A DNA stretch of 60,751 bases, from positions 1-60,751 of the IMG/VR virus record IMGVR_UViG_3300047552_001108; one strand, given 5' to 3'. Positions within the stretch are counted from its first letter, which is position 1; the number at the start of each line of letters is the position of its first letter. The position numbers and the translations under genes were made by a program. This DNA is from a virus (lineage: Duplodnaviria > Caudoviricetes). The notes beneath the pieces were generated by a model. That model was given only the letters and a program-made list of their open reading frames with translations, ran no database searches and was not told the origin of the DNA. Positions 50,602-58,139 of this stretch are shown here, piece after piece.

Positions 50602-50964
50602 ATGAAGTACAGCGCTGCCGCCGCGACCGCACGCAGCCTGATTGGCCGCAAGGGTGCGCTCACTACATTCACGCGAGAGGTGGTCGGGGCCTTCAACCCG
50701 GTCACGCAAGCGTCCACCACCACGACGACCACCTTTTCGCTACCGGCCGTTGGCATTCCTCCTGGGCGCTCGGCTGAGTTCCGCATCGGCTCCTTGGAGC
50801 GCCGCAACCTCATCGAACTGCACATCGCGCCGTCCGGCGGAATGACGCCGCAGCCCGGTGACAAGGTGCGGTGGGCCGGGGCTGATTGGTCCGTGATCTG
50901 GGCCAACAACCTCGACCCGGCGGCCGACGGCGCTCCGTACTCGCTGGCCTACGCGGAGCGGTAA
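50602..50964 (+). CDS. Head closure / head-tail joining protein
   Basis: Y......A..LI...G and P.PGD.V...G..W.V motifs; synteny. Confidence 0.7.
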   Translation: MKYSAAAATARSLIGRKGALTTFTREVVGAFNPVTQASTTTTTTFSLPAVGIPPGRSAEFRIGSLERRNLIELHIAPSGGMTPQPGDKVRWAGADWSVIWANNLDPAADGAPYSLAYAER

Positions 50965-51398
50965 TGGCGAACGGGCGCACCTTCATCGCGCAGCTGCAGT
51001 CCTTCGCGCAGCGCTTCCCCGAGAAGATGGATGCGATTGCGCGGCAGACGTGCCAGCAGGTGAGCGAAAACGTCATCACCTCGACGCCGGTAGACACCGG
51101 CTTCCTGCGTTCGTCCTGGCAGCCGAGTATTGGTAAGCCACAGGCCGGCAACGGTGGCGAAGGCATGCAGGGGCAAGCCGCAGCCAAGATCTCGTTCACC
51201 GTCGCGCAGATGAAGGCCGGGGAGGTCTACTACCTCACCAACAACGCCATCTACGCAAAGCGCATCGAGTTCGGTTTCGTCGGCAAGGACGCGCTCGGGC
51301 GCAACTTCAATCAGCAGGGACGCTTCATGGTCACCGACAACGTGAAGCGATGGCCCATGGTCGTTGAGTCGGTGGTGAAAGATTTAGGGCTGAAATGA
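50964..51398 (+). CDS. Neck / tail completion protein (HK97 gp10-like)
   Basis: TPVDTG.LR.SW and Y..NN..YA..IEFG motifs. Confidence 0.8.
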   Translation: MANGRTFIAQLQSFAQRFPEKMDAIARQTCQQVSENVITSTPVDTGFLRSSWQPSIGKPQAGNGGEGMQGQAAAKISFTVAQMKAGEVYYLTNNAIYAKRIEFGFVGKDALGRNFNQQGRFMVTDNVKRWPMVVESVVKDLGLK

Positions 51399-51814
51399 CC
51401 GTCGCGACGTTCCACCCAAACCTGCGGGCGGCCATCCGCCAGAAACTTCTCACGCTGACGGGGCTGCCAGCCCAGGCGTGGGAGGGCAGGCCATACCAGC
51501 CAATCAAAGGCACGCCCTACGTCTCGGAAAACGTGCGGGCGATTGCGTCTCAGGTGCGTGCGCTCGGCCTGGGCGGGACCATCGCGCACACCATCACCGC
51601 AAACTTCACATTCCACTATCCGGCGGGCAAGGGCACCACTGACATCGAAGGCATGGCCGGCGGTGTGATGGCGCTTTTCCGCCCAGGCACGACCCTGTCA
51701 TACGACGGTGACAGCGCGGTCGTCCAGCAAGCGGAGCGAACCGCCGTCTCGCAAGAGCCGGACTGGATCAATGTCACCGTGATAATCACGGCCGTGGGAC
51801 ACACGGTCAACTGA
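51395..51814 (+). CDS. Tail terminator-like protein
   Basis: AWE...Y.P..G.PY, YP.G.G and F..G..L motifs; synteny. Confidence 0.7.
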   Translation: MTVATFHPNLRAAIRQKLLTLTGLPAQAWEGRPYQPIKGTPYVSENVRAIASQVRALGLGGTIAHTITANFTFHYPAGKGTTDIEGMAGGVMALFRPGTTLSYDGDSAVVQQAERTAVSQEPDWINVTVIITAVGHTVN

Positions 51815-51857
51815 ACCCCTGGTCCGCACAGCGCGGCAGCAACAGAAGGAGCCTCAA

Positions 51858-52781
51858 ATGCCTCTCCAGTCAAACGTCAATGTCGAACTTCGGTACGGTG
51901 CCGAGACCACGTTCGGCACTCAAAGCTCGGCCGACGGCCAAGTGCTGCGTCGCGTGTCATCGTCCCTGGCTCTGACCAAGGACGTGTTTTCGTCCAACGA
52001 GGTGCGCCCTGATCAGCAGGTGGCCGACCTTCGTCACGGCGTGAAGCGTGCGGGCGGCCAGATCAACGGCGAACTTTCGAAGGGCACCTACGACGATTTC
52101 ATCGCCGCCGCTCTTCGCAGCACCTGGGCAACCAACGAGGTCGTCAACGGGGTGCTGAAGCCCTCTTTCACCATCGAGCAGGTCTACCCGGACCTCGACA
52201 CTTCTGAGGTCTACCTCGGGATGCGTGTGGGCGAGATGAGCGTGTCGATGCCGCCCACCGGAATGGCGACCATCACGTTCGGCTTCCAGGGCAAGGATAT
52301 GACGACCGCGTCGCTGGCAAGCTCTCCGGTGTTTGCCACACCGACGGTAGCCACCACCACCAGCACCATGTCCGGTGTGAACGGCTCCATGAACATCGAT
52401 GGGGTCGGTTCGACCATCGTGACGGGCCTGGACTTCTCGCTCACCAACAACCTGAACTCGCAGCCCGTGGTCGGCTCGACGACCGTGCCGGAGATCTTCT
52501 ACGGCCGATCCATCGTGACCGGCAACGTGTCGGCCTTTTTCGACAGCGTCACCCTGCTCAACGCGTTCATCAACGAGAGCATCGTGAAGCTGGCTGTCAC
52601 CTTGACCGGCACGGACTCCACTTCGCTCACCTTCAAGATGAACAAGGTGAAGCTCACCGGCGCCGGCAAGTCCATCGGGGCCGACGGCGGCGTGATCGTG
52701 TCCTTCCCGTTCCAGGCCCTGCTTGCCACTGGCATCGCCGGGGATGCGAACGGCACCCTGGTGGTCGAGCGCAGCGCCTGA
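51858..52781 (+). CDS. Major tail tube protein
   Basis: E.TFG, S.E.R.D.Q....RHG....GG.I.GELS, SFTIEQ and G...VTG....FF motifs; AAGGAG RBS. Confidence 0.85.
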   Translation: MPLQSNVNVELRYGAETTFGTQSSADGQVLRRVSSSLALTKDVFSSNEVRPDQQVADLRHGVKRAGGQINGELSKGTYDDFIAAALRSTWATNEVVNGVLKPSFTIEQVYPDLDTSEVYLGMRVGEMSVSMPPTGMATITFGFQGKDMTTASLASSPVFATPTVATTTSTMSGVNGSMNIDGVGSTIVTGLDFSLTNNLNSQPVVGSTTVPEIFYGRSIVTGNVSAFFDSVTLLNAFINESIVKLAVTLTGTDSTSLTFKMNKVKLTGAGKSIGADGGVIVSFPFQALLATGIAGDANGTLVVERSA

Positions 52782-52794
52782 TCACCGCAAACCC

Positions 52795-52824
52795 ACGGGG
52801 CGCACATGACAGCGCCCCGTTTCT
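52795..52824 (+). terminator. Hairpin after the tail tube gene
   Basis: ACGGGGCGC-acatgaca-GCGCCCCGT-TTCT. Confidence 0.55.
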
Positions 52825-52837
52825 CATAGGAAAGCCA

Positions 52838-53269
52838 ATGCAATTCGACCTCGCTCAGATCGACACCAAGACCCTCGCGGAATCCGGCGCTCCGATGCCG
52901 GTCAAGAGCCTGGACGGCAAGCCGCTGATTGCCCGCAACGGCGATCCGGTGGTTATCCGCGTACTTGGGGCCGACAGCACCAAGTACCGTTCTCTGACCC
53001 GTGCCCAGATGCGTAAGCGCATGGAGGCTGCAGCGAACAACAAGCAGGACGCCGTTGCGGACGTGGACGAAACGGATCGTGAGGTGATCGAAATTCTCGT
53101 CGCCTGCACCGTTGGGTGGTCCGGCGTGCTCAACACGGAAGGCACGCCGATCCCGTTCACCGAGGAAAACGTGCGCAAGCTGTATGCCGCGTACCCCGTG
53201 ATCCGTGATCAGGTGGACGTCTTCATCTCCAACCGCGCCAATTTTATTCAGGCCTCGTCGCAGGCCTGA
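52838..53269 (+). CDS. Tail assembly chaperone (G-like)
   Basis: I.V.G.DS..YR, L...TVGW and YP.I..QV..F...RANF motifs; lies between tube and tape measure genes. Confidence 0.8.
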   Translation: MQFDLAQIDTKTLAESGAPMPVKSLDGKPLIARNGDPVVIRVLGADSTKYRSLTRAQMRKRMEAAANNKQDAVADVDETDREVIEILVACTVGWSGVLNTEGTPIPFTEENVRKLYAAYPVIRDQVDVFISNRANFIQASSQA

Positions 53270-53616
53270 TCGAGTTCGCCAAGCACCGCTTCAAGCAGGT
53301 GCAGGTGGTCGGTAATGCGACGGTGGCCGACCACCTCGCGGTTGTCGCCAAAATCAAGGGGCGCAAGCTCGACGAAAATGCCCCGCAGTTGCCGCGAGAG
53401 ATGCGCTACCTGTGGGGCATTTTCCTGTCGCTCCACAACAGGCGCGGATCGAACGGCTTTGGACCGACCCCTCTTGCATGGTCCGAGATGGAGGCGTTTT
53501 GTCGGTTGACCGGCACGCCGCTCGACCCGTGGGAGGTGGAGGCAATCTGCGCACTGGATGAGGCCTATCTCGACGCCTCGGAAAGTGTGACCGACGTAGG
53601 GGCTGCGCATGGCTGA
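53239..53616 (+). CDS. Tail assembly chaperone extension (GT-like), reached by a probable -1 frameshift
   Basis: -1 frame is open from C-AAT-TTT (53239-53245); hairpin TCAGGCCT/AGGCCTGA; LW..F..L...R...GFG..P....E..A......L..WEV..I..LD motif. Confidence 0.7.
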   Translation, partial: QFYSGLVAGLIEFAKHRFKQVQVVGNATVADHLAVVAKIKGRKLDENAPQLPREMRYLWGIFLSLHNRRGSNGFGPTPLAWSEMEAFCRLTGTPLDPWEVEAICALDEAYLDASESVTDVGAAHG

Positions 53617-56600
53617 AATGTTCCACCTGGGCTTTGAGATCGACACCCGCCCGCTGGCGCAGGTTTCGACCGATGCCGCCAAGGCGGTCGACGCGGTGAG
53701 CAAACTCGGCGAGGCCGAGCGAAAGCTCAACACCGAGAACCAGAAGACCGCTGACACCCAGCGGAAAGTCAACGAGGAAACCGCCAAGGGCACCAAGGTC
53801 ACTGGCGAGAATGCGAAGGCAACCGAAGAGGCCGCCAAGGCAAAGCGCCAAGCGGCCGATTCCACTGCCTCGTTCGAAGAGAAGCTCAAGACGGTTTCCG
53901 GCAGCCTGCGGGTCAATCAGCAAGACCTTCAGGGACTCGCCGCCATGCTGCGCGGTCAATCTGGCCTCGTCGGGGGCCTGGAAGGGGCCTCTGGGGCGCT
54001 CACGCGCATGGTTGGGGTGTTGGGTCCAGTTGGCGTCGCAATCGGCGCTGTGGCCGTTGGTGCGGGCGTTGCGGCGGTCGGCTTCCAGAAGTTGGTTACC
54101 CCATTGGCCGAGGCCCAGGATCAGGCCGCCCTGTTCACGGCGCGGATGCAGAACGCCCTGGGGTCGTCGTCGGCGGCTGCCGACACCATGAAGCAGTTGT
54201 ACGAGGCCACGCAAAAGACCGGCCTCGGGTTCCGAGACACTGCGGACGCGTTCTTGCGGATCGCTCGCAACGGTGATCGCCTGGGCGCCACCACCGAGCA
54301 GTTGCTGCAGTTGACGGACACGATCCAGAAGCTCGGCGCGGTTTCCGGTGCATCACGGGGCGAAATCGGCAGCGGCATGCTGCAGCTTTCGCAGGCCCTG
54401 GCCGCCGGCAAGCTCAACGGCGATGAACTGCGCTCGATCATGGAGAACATGCCCGCGCTGGCGAAGGCTATCGCCGATGGCCTCGGGGTTGGAGTGGGCC
54501 AGATGCGGGCTATGGGTGCTGCGGGCGAGTTGACCAGCAGCAAGGTGTTCACCGCCATCCTGAAGGCCAGCGAACAGGCCAACAGGGAGTTCGCTTCGCT
54601 GCCGGAAACGATGGAGCGTGCCAACCAGCGGAGCATCGATGCTTGGGACAACCTGCTGGCGACGATGGGCGAGCGGTGGAACGCAAGCAGCATGGTCCGT
54701 GGGGTCAAAAACTGGTTCACGGACCTCATCAACGGCACCGCCAAGGCCATCGAGCAGGCCCCGATGGTGGACCGCATCGCCCAACTGCAGGCGCAGCGCA
54801 ATGCCTTCGCTGCGAACCCGCTTATGTTCGGCGGGGACGTCTCGGGACGCATCAAGCAAATCGACCAAGAGATCGTGGCGCTGCGGGCCAACCTTCTGTT
54901 GCAGCAGCAGCAGAAAGAGGTGGCCGACCGCAGCGCGGAGGAAAAGCGCCTCAAGGCGCCGGTTCTTTCTGCGGCTGAACTTGGATCGAACGATTACGAC
55001 GACTACAGCAAGAAGCTGAAGAAGGCCACCGAGGACGCAGACCGTCTCCAGAAGGCGCTCGATGACGTTCGCACCAACTCTGTGTTCACGCAGGGGGAAC
55101 GAGACACCCTGATCCCGGCGCTCTCCCGGCAGCTTGGCATCGCCAGGGCGGAACTCGACGGGATGGTCGCCGGCCTGGAGAAGGTTCGCCGCGACCTGAG
55201 CGACAGCCGATTGGCAAGCCTGATTGGCGGCGGCGGTGGCGGCACCGGCATCGTCGCGCAAGCGCAGCAGCAGTTGCGTCAGGCCCGCGAGAAGGGCCTG
55301 GGCGGCAGCCTGCAAGACTTCATCGGCGTCGGTATTGCCGGTGCCGTGGACAAGGGTGGCGACCAGATCGCGGCCCTGATGCGTCAGGTCGAGTCTCAGC
55401 GCACCCTTGCGGCTGCCGTCGGGCAGTCGCGCTCGGCCGTGGTCGAGTTGGAGGTGGCGAACGATGTCTTGTCCAAGCGCTTCGACCTGTTCGGGAAGCT
55501 GACCGGGCCGGCTATCACGCAGTTCCTCAAGCAGTACGAGGCTGCGTTGCGGCAGAGCAAGGCGGCGGCGGACGACCTCGCCAACGCTCAGGCACGCCTG
55601 GGGCTGCGTGACCAGATCGACGCCGCACGCGCATCACTGGACAACGTAGGCAACCCGTATGCCGGACGGTTGGCAGCGAACGAACTACGTGCAGGGATCG
55701 CGGCGCGGCGCGACCCGGTGCAGGCTCAACTGCAGCGGGATCTGTTCGGCATCCAAGAGCAGACCAACGCCCGCAATCAGATCGACACTGCCGACCGCAA
55801 CGCGCAGTTCAACCGTTCGGTGATCGGCATGTCGCCGGCCGCCGTGCGCGACGCAGAACTGGCCCGCCGGATCGCTGATGCCCAACGCAACGCAGCACCC
55901 GATCAGCGCGACGCCATTGGGGCCGCCATTCGTGGCGAGGACGCTTCCAGCCGCGCCCGTGAGTACGACGCCCAGGAACAGGCGCTGCAGCGGCAAATGA
56001 AGCTGCTGCAGGACCGCAAAGCGCTCATGGGCCTGATGCCCGACGAGTACCGGGTGCAGAACGCCTTGCTGGAGAAGCGGAACCAGTTGGAGCAGGCCGG
56101 CGCCCCCAAGGAGGTGATCGACCGCCAGTTGCAGATCACCGAGTTGCTCGAACGGCAGACCATCGCCTACGAGAAGCAGAAGCGCGGCATCGACGGCATC
56201 GTCAACGCCTTCGTGAAGGTCGGCGACGGTATTGAGATGGCCTTCCGCGATTCCATCGAGAAGGGCCTGGGCGACGGCACCCGCGCCGGCCTGCGCCAGT
56301 TCGAGTACAGCTTCCGCAGCGCCATTCGCAAGATGGGCGCCGAGTTGACCTACGAGATCGGCGTGCGCCCGTTCGTCGAGATGATGCGAAACATGGCCCA
56401 AGCGCTCGGCAACCGGCTGATCGCTTCGCTGTTTGGATCGCTCGGCGGCGGCAGCATGCCGACCATGTCGGGCACGCCGTCCATCTCCAACTTCGCTGCG
56501 CTCGGCATGGGGTTCGATACAGGTGGTGTGCGCCGCTTCGCCACCGGCGGTGCGTTCACGAACAGCATCGTGGACTCGCCGACCATGTTCGCGTTCGCCA

Positions 56601-56902
56601 AGGGTGGTGCGCTTGGCCTAATGGGTGAGGCTGGCCCCGAGGCGATCATGCCCCTCAAGCGTGGCAGCGACGGTTCGCTCGGCGTGCGTGCGACGGGTGG
56701 CGACGTGCAGGTGGTCATCAACGACATGCGCCAAAGCACCGAGGCGCCGCCGATTCAGGTTGCCGAGTCGCGTGGGCCGGACAATCGGCGAGTGCTGCAG
56801 ATCATGGTGCGAGACGAGGTTCGTCGCGTCGTGCGCAGCGGTGAACTGGACACCGAGATGTTCAGCAACTTCGGGGTTTCGCGCTCCGTGGCGAGGAAGT
56901 AA
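53609..56902 (+). CDS. Tape measure protein
   Basis: QLSQALA.G.L.GDELRSI.EN.P.LA.AIA tape-measure motif and C-terminal FA.GG..GLMGEAGPEAIMPL. Confidence 0.92.
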   Translation: MAEMFHLGFEIDTRPLAQVSTDAAKAVDAVSKLGEAERKLNTENQKTADTQRKVNEETAKGTKVTGENAKATEEAAKAKRQAADSTASFEEKLKTVSGSLRVNQQDLQGLAAMLRGQSGLVGGLEGASGALTRMVGVLGPVGVAIGAVAVGAGVAAVGFQKLVTPLAEAQDQAALFTARMQNALGSSSAAADTMKQLYEATQKTGLGFRDTADAFLRIARNGDRLGATTEQLLQLTDTIQKLGAVSGASRGEIGSGMLQLSQALAAGKLNGDELRSIMENMPALAKAIADGLGVGVGQMRAMGAAGELTSSKVFTAILKASEQANREFASLPETMERANQRSIDAWDNLLATMGERWNASSMVRGVKNWFTDLINGTAKAIEQAPMVDRIAQLQAQRNAFAANPLMFGGDVSGRIKQIDQEIVALRANLLLQQQQKEVADRSAEEKRLKAPVLSAAELGSNDYDDYSKKLKKATEDADRLQKALDDVRTNSVFTQGERDTLIPALSRQLGIARAELDGMVAGLEKVRRDLSDSRLASLIGGGGGGTGIVAQAQQQLRQAREKGLGGSLQDFIGVGIAGAVDKGGDQIAALMRQVESQRTLAAAVGQSRSAVVELEVANDVLSKRFDLFGKLTGPAITQFLKQYEAALRQSKAAADDLANAQARLGLRDQIDAARASLDNVGNPYAGRLAANELRAGIAARRDPVQAQLQRDLFGIQEQTNARNQIDTADRNAQFNRSVIGMSPAAVRDAELARRIADAQRNAAPDQRDAIGAAIRGEDASSRAREYDAQEQALQRQMKLLQDRKALMGLMPDEYRVQNALLEKRNQLEQAGAPKEVIDRQLQITELLERQTIAYEKQKRGIDGIVNAFVKVGDGIEMAFRDSIEKGLGDGTRAGLRQFEYSFRSAIRKMGAELTYEIGVRPFVEMMRNMAQALGNRLIASLFGSLGGGSMPTMSGTPSISNFAALGMGFDTGGVRRFATGGAFTNSIVDSPTMFAFAKGGALGLMGEAGPEAIMPLKRGSDGSLGVRATGGDVQVVINDMRQSTEAPPIQVAESRGPDNRRVLQIMVRDEVRRVVRSGELDTEMFSNFGVSRSVARK

Positions 56903-57253
56903 ATGCCTGCATGGCCTTCAACACTGCCGGCCTACGTTCAGGAGGGCGGCTACCAAGAGCGGTTTCAGGACCAGAAGCTGGAGTCCAGTATGGACACCGG
57001 CCCCGCGAAGCTGCGCCGTCGGTTCACCAAGCAGATCCGGTTCATCGGCGTGCAGATGCTGATGACAGAGTCCCAGGTCACGGACTTCGAGGCGTTCTAC
57101 TTCACGACGCTCAAGGGCGGGGTGCTCCCGTTCGATTGGGTCCACCCGCGCACCCGGTCCGCCACCACGTTCCGGTTCCGCAATCCATCGCCGACCTATG
57201 GCGTGACGGGCGGGGTCAACGTGCTGGTCAATTTCACGCTTGAGGTGGTCTGA
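56903..57253 (+). CDS. Distal tail protein (lambda M-like)
   Basis: WP.TLP, MD.GP.K.RRR.T and F..FY...L.GG...F.W..P motifs. Confidence 0.75.
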   Translation: MPAWPSTLPAYVQEGGYQERFQDQKLESSMDTGPAKLRRRFTKQIRFIGVQMLMTESQVTDFEAFYFTTLKGGVLPFDWVHPRTRSATTFRFRNPSPTYGVTGGVNVLVNFTLEVV

Positions 57254-57720
57254 TGCCGCGCTCACTTTCGAACACGGCCCTGGCGTCGCTCCAGGCGCAG
57301 CAGACCGGCGAGGTTTGGCTTGTGCTGCTGACCATTACCAACCCGGGCGCTGCCACGATTCGCGTGGTCAACAACACCGAGGACGTCGTCAGCCGGGGCG
57401 CGACGTTCCAGGCTTTCCCGTTCGAGATTGAGTTACCTGGGGAAGATCCCGACAGCCCGTCGAGTGCTCGGCTGCGGATCGACAACGTCGACAAGCGCAT
57501 CGTTGAGGCCGTTCGCTCCATCGTCAGCCCGCCGCTGATCACCATCGAAGTGGTGCTCGCAAGCCAGCCCGACACGGTGGAAATCGCCTACTCGAACCTG
57601 ACGATGCGGTCGGTGGAGTACGACGCCGAGAGTGTGCGTGGCGAGTTGACCTTCGAGTCGATCTACAGCGAACCCGTGACGCTGACGATCACCCCCAACC
57701 GATTCCCCGGGCTGTTCTGA
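57253..57720 (+). CDS. Tail tip protein (DUF1833 / lambda L-like)
   Basis: LLTI..P....R.V.N, F.A.PF...LP, IDNV, VLAS.PD.VE and P..FPGLF motifs. Confidence 0.8.
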   Translation: MPRSLSNTALASLQAQQTGEVWLVLLTITNPGAATIRVVNNTEDVVSRGATFQAFPFEIELPGEDPDSPSSARLRIDNVDKRIVEAVRSIVSPPLITIEVVLASQPDTVEIAYSNLTMRSVEYDAESVRGELTFESIYSEPVTLTITPNRFPGLF

Positions 57721-58139
57721 TGTTGCCATCCGTGCCGGCCTGGGTTCAGGAGTACGTCGGCATCCCGTACCGGCCGCTTGGCCGTGACCGCAGCGGATGT
57801 GATTGCTGGGGCCTGCTCGCGATGGTGTGGCGAGAGCAGTTCGGCCGCGATCTGCCGGCCTATTCGCACGAGCGGTGGACGGATGCGGCCGACCCCAGGA
57901 CCGTCGCCACAGGCGCGACAGAATACGCATCGCAATTCGTGCCCGTTGCTCTCGGCCAAGAGGCCCTGGGCGACGGGGTGCTTCTCAGGATGAGGGGACA
58001 CCCCCTCCATGTCGGTCTGGTGCTTGCGCCCGGGTGGATGCTTCACACGCATGAGTCGGCGGATTCGTGCGTGGAATCCTACGAGCGGTTCATCTGGAAG
58101 CACCGCGTGATCGGCATCTATCGGTACAGCCATGCTTGA
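57720..58139 (+). CDS. NlpC/P60 tail tip protein (lambda K-like)
   Basis: YVGIPY...GR...G.DCWGL, HVG and LH motifs. Confidence 0.85.
   Translation: MLPSVPAWVQEYVGIPYRPLGRDRSGCDCWGLLAMVWREQFGRDLPAYSHERWTDAADPRTVATGATEYASQFVPVALGQEALGDGVLLRMRGHPLHVGLVLAPGWMLHTHESADSCVESYERFIWKHRVIGIYRYSHA

Noticed and set aside
51772-51784. Operator-like TGTCAC-C-GTGATA
   Set aside because: Spacer is 1 bp rather than 4 and the site is inside a CDS; likely chance.
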